Positions 1-8,219 of a stretch of 64,000 bases of DNA are shown here, one piece after another. Below the pieces are notes generated by a model that was not told the DNA's origin, made no database searches, and saw only the letters and a list, made by a program, of their open reading frames with translations. This stretch comes from Bacteroidetes bacterium GWF2_29_10 (GTDB taxonomy: Bacteria; Bacteroidota; Bacteroidia; Bacteroidales; GWE2-29-8), in NCBI GenBank assembly GCA_001768555.1, contig MEOD01000084.1, positions 175 to 64,174 of the forward strand. Reading direction: 5' to 3'. The position numbers and the translations under genes were made by a program. Positions within the stretch are counted from its first letter, which is position 1. Each line of letters opens with the position of its first letter.

Positions 1-123
1 TTATACCCAAAACAACCTACGACCCCGACAGGGTCGAACTGAACTCTAGCCCCTCTCTTTCTACAAACCTTTGATTCCGAATGCATCATTGGATATTAAT
101 TATCTATACTTATACTTTTATTT
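1..123. repeat. REPIN-like composite palindromic element, copy 1 (truncated by window edge)
   Basis: Aligns with 2419-2543 (caacctacgaccccgac-gggtcg ... ttctacaaacc ... gaatgcatcatt ... tatacttatacttttattt); abuts the stop of 124..1068. Confidence 0.9.
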
Positions 124-1068
124 CTATTTTTCTTCATTTCCATAAGCCTTTTTATCATATTCATCCATATATTCATCTATATATTTTTTTTCTATAATAC
201 ATTTTTTGTCTATGCTTTTTAAAAGACTATATTTTTCAATTAAAGGCTTAAATCTCGCTTTTCCATAATCACTTAACCCATTAAAAAATAAAAACACTAA
301 CTCGTAATTTGACAATTGTGCCCTAATAAAATTTATATAAGTCTTTTTATCCTCTATATCTGAATTCTCTACAAACTTAATGATATGATATAAATTGCAA
401 AAATAATTTCTGATATTACTATCTTCTACATGTATATTGCAAATCCCTTCCTTTATGGAATATCCTAATTTATGATCAGTTTGTAAACTAGTTAATAATT
501 TTGAATGTTCTTCGGTATCCCAATATAATTTAAAACAATCTCTTCCTTTAGCAATAATCTCTTTCAAATTCGTACTTTTTCTTAATTCCATAGCATTAAC
601 AATATTAGAATGCACATTCAACAATTGAAAAAAAGTATTTTCAAAACTTTGCTTCGTCATAGTTTTATTTTGAGCTTCTAATTGTTGCTTTTGTCCTGAT
701 AATTCTTCCGTATTTTTTGCCATTTCATCCCTTTGTAATTTCAGCTCATCCCTTTGTAATTTCAATTCTTCTCTCTGCATTCTCAATGTTGTATAAAATA
801 ATATTACACTGACAAAGGTAAATATTACGCCAATTGTTCCTGACAAAAAGCTTCCCATATTCCCAAGTAAACCCGTATCAAAAGCACTACTACTATCATA
901 GTACTGATGAATGCCAAACATTATAATTGCTCCTATTAAAATAGCAATACAAACATTAATTAAAATATTTGCAAAATTTGTAAGTCTTTTTTCTTCCGCT
1001 TGCGAATCGTTATTTATTTTTAATATTCTCAATATTCTTATTTTTATTCTTTTGTTTTCTATTTTCAT
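124..1068 (-). CDS. Putative phage abortive infection protein (putative AbiC-like family) with N-terminal TM helices and coiled coil
   Basis: FENTFFQLL...YFCNLYHIIKFV...YINFIRAQLSNYELVFLFFNGLS motif set recognised for this family; two hydrophobic N-terminal segments; QREELKLQRDELKLQRDE heptads. Confidence 0.75.
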   Translation of the reverse strand: MKIENKRIKIRILRILKINNDSQAEEKRLTNFANILINVCIAILIGAIIMFGIHQYYDSSSAFDTGLLGNMGSFLSGTIGVIFTFVSVILFYTTLRMQREELKLQRDELKLQRDEMAKNTEELSGQKQQLEAQNKTMTKQSFENTFFQLLNVHSNIVNAMELRKSTNLKEIIAKGRDCFKLYWDTEEHSKLLTSLQTDHKLGYSIKEGICNIHVEDSNIRNYFCNLYHIIKFVENSDIEDKKTYINFIRAQLSNYELVFLFFNGLSDYGKARFKPLIEKYSLLKSIDKKCIIEKKYIDEYMDEYDKKAYGNEEK

Positions 1069-1258
1069 TATACTTTAATTCTTTCCATTTAATAAACCTA
1101 TAACATTTTTTGTAGTTAAATAAATTTGATTGTCTTTTCTACAATTAAGTAAAATGTAATTATTTGTATTGTAATATATTCTAGTGATAAAATTAATGTA
1201 TTGGCAAAATTTTATTTTGCAATTGTTTTATTATAAATTTTAATTTGAATTAATTCAC

Positions 1259-2287
1259 TTATTGCATCGCTGTTAATATATCATCCTCAAAATATAGGTA
1301 ATTATCTGTATATACCCATTGTTCTGATTTTTTTTTATCTGTAATTGTTTTATTTATTTTATTTGGTTCTCCCCATGAAAGTTTACACATTTCTCTTGTC
1401 ATTCCTATTTTTATGTTATTTTGTAAAATTGTATTAAAATTTTCATTTCCAAATATTTTTTTATAATTATCAGCTTCCAATATTGTATATGCTCTACCTT
1501 TGCTAAATCTCCCATAAATATTATCATAATCTATTGTGGTAGTTTCTCCTAATGAATTTTGAACAATAAGAGAAAATGTGTAATTTTCTTCTTCAATTGT
1601 TAAATCAACACATTTCCATTTATCACCTGTTATTATTGTTAATTCTTTTCCTGTATTAATATCTAATGATAGTTTTGGATTGGCATCACCAGGAAATCTA
1701 TATTTTATATTTTTATTAGCAAATATAAATTCTTGTCCAACATTTATAGATTTTTGTTTTTCAAAAAAGCCAACAACAATAAATTCAAATTGACTTTCAT
1801 ACTTACTATTATATTCAAAATAAACTATATCTTTAGATATTTTTTCTTGTAATTTAAGATAAAAAACATTTCCATAAAGAAACTTATCGCTATTGGCTTC
1901 AGGATGTTTTATTACCTCTAAAATATTAAAATATTTACCAACTATTGAGTCATAATGAGAAGTTCCTCCACCTATATCATTTTTTATATATCTATCACCT
2001 TCCAATAAAGGTTTAACTTTATATGTGTTACTTAATTTTCTCTTATCTTCTTTATAATTTAATATAAAATTGCTATATCCGTACTTACGAAGAATTTCTG
2101 CTTTTCCCTTTAAATAAAGGGTTTGTCCTATATATTTGTATACATTTTCTCCTAAAAAGTTTTTAGTACTATCATAAGGAGTATTATCTATTTGCTCTGC
2201 TTTTGGAGCAATTTTCGTTGTTGTAATTTGTGCATAAGATAATATATACAAAACAGTAAATAGAATAATAAATGTTGTTTTTTTCAT
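1259..2287 (-). CDS. Secreted hypothetical protein with C-terminal SmpA/OmlA-(BLIP)-like small domain
   Basis: ATG at 2287 gives signal peptide MKKTTFIILFTVLYILSYAQ (the ORF-track TTG at 2314 overlaps a TATATTTG promoter box); C-terminus IGMTREMCKLSWGEP...EQWVY...LYFEDDILTAMQ. Confidence 0.7.
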   Translation of the reverse strand: MKKTTFIILFTVLYILSYAQITTTKIAPKAEQIDNTPYDSTKNFLGENVYKYIGQTLYLKGKAEILRKYGYSNFILNYKEDKRKLSNTYKVKPLLEGDRYIKNDIGGGTSHYDSIVGKYFNILEVIKHPEANSDKFLYGNVFYLKLQEKISKDIVYFEYNSKYESQFEFIVVGFFEKQKSINVGQEFIFANKNIKYRFPGDANPKLSLDINTGKELTIITGDKWKCVDLTIEEENYTFSLIVQNSLGETTTIDYDNIYGRFSKGRAYTILEADNYKKIFGNENFNTILQNNIKIGMTREMCKLSWGEPNKINKTITDKKKSEQWVYTDNYLYFEDDILTAMQ

Positions 2288-2311
2288 AATTTTTTTATTT
2301 TTATTATTAAG

Positions 2312-2319
2312 CAAATATA
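2312..2319 (-). promoter_or_regulatory. Bacteroidota -7 promoter box TATATTTG
   Basis: Matches TAnnTTTG about 25 nt upstream of ATG 2287. Confidence 0.5.
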
Positions 2320-2379
2320 ATTAATTTTTTTAAAATAATTAACTTACTACATTTTATAATTTAGATTGCTATTTTGAAT

Positions 2380-2543
2380 TTTAATTATCCCATCGGGATA
2401 AAACGTTTGTAGAACAAATTATACACAAAACAACCTACGACCCCGACGGGGTCGTACTTAACTCTATCCCCTCTTTTTCTACAAACCATTGATGCCGAAT
2501 GCATCATTTTGAATATTAATTCTATATACTTATACTTTTATTT
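2380..2543. repeat. REPIN-like composite palindromic element, copy 2 (more complete)
   Basis: Hairpins TTATCCC-atc-GGGATAA (2385-2401), ACGACCCC-gac-GGGGTCGT (2437-2455), GATGC-cgaat-GCATC (2491-2505); inverted pair GTTTGTAGAA (2405-2414) / TTCTACAAAC (2477-2486). Confidence 0.9.
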
Positions 2544-3047
2544 ATCTTTTTCTATTTCTTTTAGTTCATTAATAAAAAGAAAATACATTCGCTTTAATAT
2601 CATTAATATTGTTAAGAAAAAATGTCCAATTAAAAAATAAACAATTACTGTTGCAATTAAATGAACACATTCGTTTTTTATATAAGTAGTTAATATTACT
2701 ATTATAATTAAAATTGAAATAAAAATAGAATACGATATATTTGTTAATAGTTGTCTTAAAATTTCATTTTTTAACTTTTTCGTATTATCTCGTTTAATTA
2801 TATCAAAAAGTATAACAATAATATTAAAAAGCAAACCTACAAATATTGAGAGAGTTGTTATTATAATATTAATAGCATTCTCTTTTAATTCAAAATCAAA
2901 CCAATACAATCCAACAGATACTAATAAAGGTAAAATTAAAAATGTTAATATATCATCAAACTCACATTTCTTTGTATTATCATTTTGCAATGTATTAAAA
3001 TGATTGGATATAATTTTAAAAATATTAATTTTATTAAACATTTTCAT
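2538..3047 (-). CDS. Four-TM membrane protein, candidate RexB-like effector
   Basis: 169 aa with four hydrophobic segments (about aa 31-50, 57-83, 99-122, 129-157); starts 3 nt after the stop of 3051..3986. Confidence 0.7.
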   Translation of the reverse strand: MKMFNKINIFKIISNHFNTLQNDNTKKCEFDDILTFLILPLLVSVGLYWFDFELKENAINIIITTLSIFVGLLFNIIVILFDIIKRDNTKKLKNEILRQLLTNISYSIFISILIIIVILTTYIKNECVHLIATVIVYFLIGHFFLTILMILKRMYFLFINELKEIEKDK

Positions 3048-3050
3048 AGC

Positions 3051-3986
3051 TTAGTTTTCCGTTAGTTCTAAAATCAATTTTTTTGCAATTTCATTAATGC
3101 TATCAAAATCAGGATGTCCAGACTTGTTTTTAATTACATCCTTATCAATATCGTAATAAGGTCTTATATTTGCCGTATCAGATAAATCTATTGTTCTTGT
3201 ATTGCCTTTATGCTCAATTTTAACCTGTGATTTATGATTACCATCAAACCCCAAAGATGTTAATTCTTTCAAATCAAACATTATAGCATTCTTATCTTTA
3301 ACAAATTTTTCAATTTTATTATTTCCAAAAGATTTCATTTGTTTTGCAGTAATTTTTATTTCAATAGATTTAATCGCTTCTTGATATCCTTGCATTCCTA
3401 ATTTATCTACAACATCAGTAGGTAAATTATATCTAGTTAAAGTAAATTCTTTAATATTTCCTTCTTCAATAAATGTTTTTGCTAATTTATCTGAAATAAA
3501 TTGATTAAAATCAAGTTGCATGCTATTGTATTTACTACAAAAAAACTTTTTTAGATGTTCTCTTAATACACTATTTATCCCATAAATTCCAAATCTTTGC
3601 AAAATAACATATCCTATACTACAATTTGATGGCAAATAAATTAAAAAATAAAATGGCTTAATATCTGCATCATTTATTGTTTTAGTATATTGTTTCGCAC
3701 TTGTTATAACATTATAAATCTCGCTTTCGTATCCATATCCCCCACTTTCAATAATACCACTAATCATTCTTTTTTCTGTTGATAATTGTAATTTTTTAGA
3801 ATCAATTTTTAAAGATTTCTTTCTTTCTTCATCAATGTTAAGTTCTTTGTCAAAAGAAGATATGTAATCTTGAAAAAAAACTAAAAAATCATTCTTATCA
3901 AAAAAGTCATCTAAAGGTAAATATTCCTTATTTCTTTCTTGTCTTATTTTGATTGTGTATACTTCTAACCTTACTTCATTTGCCAT
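3051..3986 (-). CDS. Soluble hypothetical protein, candidate RexA/DUF4747-like (RdgC-fold) partner
   Basis: 311 aa with no TM segment; ISGIIESGGYG...KPFYFLIYLP...GYVILQRFGIYGI pattern; coupled to the 4-TM gene. The ORF is solid; the family call is inference. Confidence 0.6.
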   Translation of the reverse strand: MANEVRLEVYTIKIRQERNKEYLPLDDFFDKNDFLVFFQDYISSFDKELNIDEERKKSLKIDSKKLQLSTEKRMISGIIESGGYGYESEIYNVITSAKQYTKTINDADIKPFYFLIYLPSNCSIGYVILQRFGIYGINSVLREHLKKFFCSKYNSMQLDFNQFISDKLAKTFIEEGNIKEFTLTRYNLPTDVVDKLGMQGYQEAIKSIEIKITAKQMKSFGNNKIEKFVKDKNAIMFDLKELTSLGFDGNHKSQVKIEHKGNTRTIDLSDTANIRPYYDIDKDVIKNKSGHPDFDSINEIAKKLILELTEN

Positions 3987-4077
3987 ATGTAATACATTAT
4001 ATTTGTTTTATATTTGTTTTTTTAATGTAAATTAATTCTCTATATATAGTTTATTCTTTTTGTGCTTTTTTTATTAA

Positions 4078-4818
4078 TTATTGTATTATATTTTTTATTT
4101 CTTCTGGTAGCATGGGTTTTATAATTTCGGCAGTATTACTTAAAAACTTTCTATTTTCTTCCTTTGCTAACCAAGCTGACGTTTTATAAAAGAATGCTTT
4201 AAACCAATTTTTTTTATTTAAAGAGTGAGTCATTAATTTTAAATTTTCAAATTCTTTATGTAATTCTAAAATACTTTGCTTTAGCTCTTTGTTTTCTTTT
4301 TCTTGAACTTCTAATTGTTTTTTTAAGTCTTCTTCTATTTTATCTATTTTTGTTTTTATTTCTGTAATTTCTAAATCGCTGAAATAACTATCATCATCAT
4401 AATCTTTAATTTTATCATTTATATCATTAATTATCTTAGCTTGTTCTGCAATTTTTCTATTAATTGGAATAGTTAGAAGATCTTCATATAAACAATTCAT
4501 CCATTTTTTAATTGCATAATATAGATTGCGTTCTCCATAAACATCAAATTCTTCTTGTGTTACAAATTGACCTGGACAATAATATCCTTTAAAATGATAA
4601 TCTTCATCATTTGAAATAGAAATTTTACGTTCTACTATTTCTTTTTTTATTATTGATAAAGAATTTGGAATAGCACATTTAAAATAGTATGATGCATCAT
4701 ATGCATATTTTATTACAATAGTATTATTATTAATATCAATAATAAAATCTATTGAAGAAAATTTAGGATTTTCATCTATAAATACTCTTATATCTTGTTT
4801 AAATTTAGGTCGTATCAT
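4078..4818 (-). CDS. Hypothetical protein with C-terminal coiled coil
   Basis: Open frame of about 246 aa (ATG 4818; ORF track uses TTG 4827); IKTKIDKIEEDLKKQLEVQEKENKELKQSILELHKEFENLK heptads. Confidence 0.7.
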   Translation of the reverse strand: MIRPKFKQDIRVFIDENPKFSSIDFIIDINNNTIVIKYAYDASYYFKCAIPNSLSIIKKEIVERKISISNDEDYHFKGYYCPGQFVTQEEFDVYGERNLYYAIKKWMNCLYEDLLTIPINRKIAEQAKIINDINDKIKDYDDDSYFSDLEITEIKTKIDKIEEDLKKQLEVQEKENKELKQSILELHKEFENLKLMTHSLNKKNWFKAFFYKTSAWLAKEENRKFLSNTAEIIKPMLPEEIKNIIQ

Positions 4819-5030
4819 TTTTCTCAAATTTAATTACAGGCATTAGCAACCTTGTTGTTTATATACATAATTTTATTAATAAATCGCACTGCAAGGTACA
4901 TATTTTCATTTAATATAAACATAAAATAAAATTATTTTTATCATTTTTTTTATGATTTTCATATTATGATTATTTCAAGATTCCACCACTAACTCATTTT
5001 CTTTCAATCACTATTCATATTTCTTAAAAT

Positions 5031-5219
5031 CAAACTCATTTTCCCAAAATTCGTAATTCTTAATTCTCAATTTTTAATTAATTGTTCTCTCCCCAAACTT
5101 CTTTTCTCAAAATTCGTAATTCGTAATTCTAAATTCGTAATTAATTGTTCTCTCCCCAAACTCATTTTCCCAAAATTTTCAATTTTCAATTATCAATTAT
5201 CAATTAATTGTGCTCTTCT
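5031..5219. repeat. Three 63-bp units containing 7-bp (AATTCGT/AATTATC) microrepeats
   Basis: CAAACT starts at 5031, 5094 and 5157; each unit ends AATTAATTGT(T/G)CTCT... Confidence 0.85.
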
Positions 5220-5484
5220 CAAACTTAATTGTGCTCCTCTCAAACTTCTTTGTGCTCTGCCCAAACTTAATTGTGCTCCTCTAAAACTTAATTGTGCCAC
5301 TCTCAAACTTAATTGTGCTCTGCCCAAACTTCTTTGTGCTCTGCCCAAACTTAATTGTGCTCTGCCCAAACTTCTTTGTGCCACTCTCAAACTTAATTGT
5401 GCTCTGCCCAAACTTAATTGCGCTCCTCCCAAACTTCTTTGTGCCACTCTCAAACTTCTTTGTGCCAGTCTCAAACTTAATTGT
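5220..5484. repeat. 21-bp tandem array (12 full units + partial), CAAACTT(AAT/CTT)TGTGC(TCCTCT/TCTGCC/CACTCT)
   Basis: Unit starts every 21 bp from 5220 to 5472, read directly. Confidence 0.97.
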
Positions 5485-5557
5485 TTTTAACTTATTATTC
5501 TAATTATCACTATTTTAATTAAAATAAAAAAACCATGCCTTTTTAGACACGGTAATT

Positions 5558-5591
5558 AAAAAAAAAGCAAAGCTTTGTGTGCTTTGCTTTT
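5558..5591 (-). terminator. Intrinsic terminator of the oadG-oadB-nhaD operon (possibly bidirectional)
   Basis: Perfect 11-bp inverted repeat AAAAGCAAAGC (5563-5573) / GCTTTGCTTTT (5581-5591) with U-tract on the minus strand, 25 nt after stop 5617. Confidence 0.75.
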
Positions 5592-5616
5592 AGGATGTAT
5601 ATATGGATGTTAAACT

Positions 5617-6960
5617 TTACTTTATTATGTTTTGCTCAGGATTGATTGTTTCTACTTGTTCGGTTTGTTCTTTATGTTCTTTTTTATGAGGAGCGTGAGG
5701 ATGCCATCCAACTAGTGAAATCATAACGAAGAAGCTAACAATATAAGCTAAAGTAACGTGCCAGCCATTGCTTATGTACTTAACTGTGTTTTTAGCTTCT
5801 GGATACATGTTTGATAAAGCTACTCCGGCAGATGAGCCAAACCAAATCATTGAGCCTCCAAAGCCAACAGAATATGCTAAAATGCCCCAGTCATAACCTC
5901 CTTGCTCAAGGCAAAGTTTTGTTAATGGAATATTGTCAAATACTGCTGAAATAAAACCTAATGAGAATGCACTCCACATTGATGCCGGAGGTAATTCATT
6001 TACTGGCATAACTGATGCAATTGTTACTAAAGACATTAAAAAGACTGTTCCTTGCAATGAATTTTTTATTTCTTCCCATGGGGTTTTCCTAAATGTTGCT
6101 CCCAATAAAATTCCAATCCAAACTCCTACTGCAGGGAAATCTAAAAGCCAATTTGTTAGTATTGCAAAAACTAGTATTAAAAATACAATAAATATTCTAC
6201 CAAAATCAACTTTCACATTTTCTATATGCCCCATTACAATCGTTTGATATTTGTCTTGCTGTTTTGCTCCCCAAATTCCAAATATAAATAAAGCTACAAC
6301 TGACCCAATAAAAGCATGGGTTACATCAAGAGGATTAACTCCATCAATCCACATAAGAGTGGTTGTGGTGTCTCCAACAACGCTGCCTGCGCCGCCAGCA
6401 TTACTTGCAGCAACAATAGCAGCTAAATACCCGATATGAACTTTCCCTCTAAAAACAACATAAGCAATCGTTCCTCCAATCATTGCAGCCGCAATATTGT
6501 CAAGAAATGAAGAAAGAATTGTTATTGCAATTAGCAGAACAAATGCTCCTTTCCATCCTTTCGGAAGAAAACGAGGTAATATTTTAGGAAACTTTGACTC
6601 CTCAAAGTGCTTTGCTAAAATAGCAAACCCAAAAAGTAAGCCCAAAAGGTTAACCAAAGTTCTCCATTCTCCTTCATTTTCTCCATCGCCGATAATATGA
6701 CTGACAATGTTAAACTCGCCATCAAAAACAAATTTAAAAGCAAGAATAGCTACTAATCCTGTCAAGGCAACATACATTGTTTTATGATGAAAAAGTGCAA
6801 CCCCGACAAGAGTTAATGCGAAAATTATAAATTCCAATCTAATTCCCATTATCGAAGGAATTATTGATTGAGCAGATGAATAATCGGATGCAAAAATAAA
6901 TACAGGTAATAATAATAAAAATACAACTAAAAAGGAAACTTTGTTGATTAATGTTTTCAT
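5617..6960 (-). CDS. nhaD: NhaD-like Na+/H+ antiporter (IT superfamily / CitMHS-ArsB fold)
   Basis: LSSFLDNIAAAMIGG, NAGGAGSVVGDTTT, SAVFDNIPLT, GGSMIWFGSSAGVA motifs; many TM helices. Confidence 0.75.
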   Translation of the reverse strand: MKTLINKVSFLVVFLLLLPVFIFASDYSSAQSIIPSIMGIRLEFIIFALTLVGVALFHHKTMYVALTGLVAILAFKFVFDGEFNIVSHIIGDGENEGEWRTLVNLLGLLFGFAILAKHFEESKFPKILPRFLPKGWKGAFVLLIAITILSSFLDNIAAAMIGGTIAYVVFRGKVHIGYLAAIVAASNAGGAGSVVGDTTTTLMWIDGVNPLDVTHAFIGSVVALFIFGIWGAKQQDKYQTIVMGHIENVKVDFGRIFIVFLILVFAILTNWLLDFPAVGVWIGILLGATFRKTPWEEIKNSLQGTVFLMSLVTIASVMPVNELPPASMWSAFSLGFISAVFDNIPLTKLCLEQGGYDWGILAYSVGFGGSMIWFGSSAGVALSNMYPEAKNTVKYISNGWHVTLAYIVSFFVMISLVGWHPHAPHKKEHKEQTEQVETINPEQNIIK

Positions 6961-6992
6961 AAATTATAAAATTAAAATTAAAAAAAAATATA

Positions 6993-8219
6993 CTATTTAA
7001 ATAATGTAATAAAGAGGCCTGCAATTATTGCAGATGTTATAACTCCACAAATGTTTGCTCCTATAGCATAAGACAATATTATGGAATCTTTATTAACTTT
7101 GCTAACTTCTTTTTGCGCAACTTTTGCAGTTGAAGGGACGCAACTTACTCCTGCTATACCTATAACTGGATTAAACTTTCCTCCTGTGAAAAAATAAAGA
7201 AGATAACCTCCTAATATACCCCCTATGCCGGAGATAAGCAACGCAAGTATTCCCAGAAAAAGCAGTGTCAAAATTTTAGGATTCAACAACAAATGGGCTT
7301 CGCACAGTATGCCAAGTAATAATCCCAATAAAAATGTTGAGCCATACAATAAAGGCCCAGAAATGAATTCTACAATATGAGTTAAGCCTGCTTCCTTTAC
7401 GGCTACACCTACAAACAGTGAAAAAAACAAAGGACCTGCAACAGGAAATAACAAGCACAATACAGTACACATTACTACAGCAAATGCAAGTTTTGCAGAT
7501 GAAGAAACTGGTTTTGGCGGAGTCTTTTGTTCCATTTTGATGCCTCTTAATTTTTTTGGAATCATCAATCGTATAAGATAAGGATAACCTCCGTAGGTTA
7601 ATCCTAAATATAAATAAGCAACAACTGTTATCGGAACAAATATATTCTTGGCAAGCATTAACGATGTAAACAATACCATTGGCCCATCCGCACCTCCAAC
7701 CATTGCAATTGAAGCAGCTTCTCTAATATTCAAACCCATTGCTGTTGCAAGAGGAATGGTAGCAAAAGTGCCTAATTCAGCAAAGAATGCTAAAAACATG
7801 CTTGTGAATGGTCTTTGAATTAAATAGCCAACATCAAGCAAAACTCCTATGCCCATAAACACAAAACAAGCAATTAGTCCATTGCTAAAGGTAAATGTAT
7901 AAATTGGTTGAAGCCAATTGATTTGCATAATATTCATCAGCTGGTTAGTATCTGTAACTAATGGGTCAACAAAGATATTCCCTTGCGAACCATCTGGTAA
8001 AAACAAAACAGAAGCATTAATTGCTGCCATTCCCAAACCCATAGGAACCATTAAAAGAGGCTCCAGCACTCCTTTTTTACCAAGATAAACAAGAAGCATC
8101 CCTAGCAACATTAATGATATTCTGGCAATAAATATAGTTATGTCAGAATCAACTAAAGTTGCGATACCTTGAAATAAATCTAAAAAATTAAATGTTTTCA
8201 TACATCTCAAATTCATCAT
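6993..8219 (-). CDS. oadB: Na+-transporting carboxylic acid decarboxylase beta subunit (OadB/GcdB/MmdB family); start may be 8201
   Basis: EPLLMVPMGLG, EAASIAMVGGADGP, YLYLGLTY, NPVIGIAGVSCVPSTAKVAQ, GANICGVI motifs. Confidence 0.85.
   Translation of the reverse strand: MMNLRCMKTFNFLDLFQGIATLVDSDITIFIARISLMLLGMLLVYLGKKGVLEPLLMVPMGLGMAAINASVLFLPDGSQGNIFVDPLVTDTNQLMNIMQINWLQPIYTFTFSNGLIACFVFMGIGVLLDVGYLIQRPFTSMFLAFFAELGTFATIPLATAMGLNIREAASIAMVGGADGPMVLFTSLMLAKNIFVPITVVAYLYLGLTYGGYPYLIRLMIPKKLRGIKMEQKTPPKPVSSSAKLAFAVVMCTVLCLLFPVAGPLFFSLFVGVAVKEAGLTHIVEFISGPLLYGSTFLLGLLLGILCEAHLLLNPKILTLLFLGILALLISGIGGILGGYLLYFFTGGKFNPVIGIAGVSCVPSTAKVAQKEVSKVNKDSIILSYAIGANICGVITSAIIAGLFITLFK

Noticed and set aside
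1-2543. Repeats as integron attC sites
   Set aside because: No clear RYYYAAC/GTTRRRY ends next to the stop codons and no intI in the window; GTAG-hairpin geometry fits REPs better
2538-3986. Calling the pair Kiwa outright
   Set aside because: Gene order (soluble first) is opposite to kwaA-kwaB and the DUF4868 assignment cannot be confirmed without a search
5220-5484. 21-bp array as a CRISPR
   Set aside because: Units are contiguous with no unique spacers, and there are no cas genes in the window
5193-5503. ORFs 5193..5474 (-) and 5294..5503 (+)
   Set aside because: They are read-throughs of the stop-free 21-bp array, with weak starts and no unique sequence; no evidence of real coding
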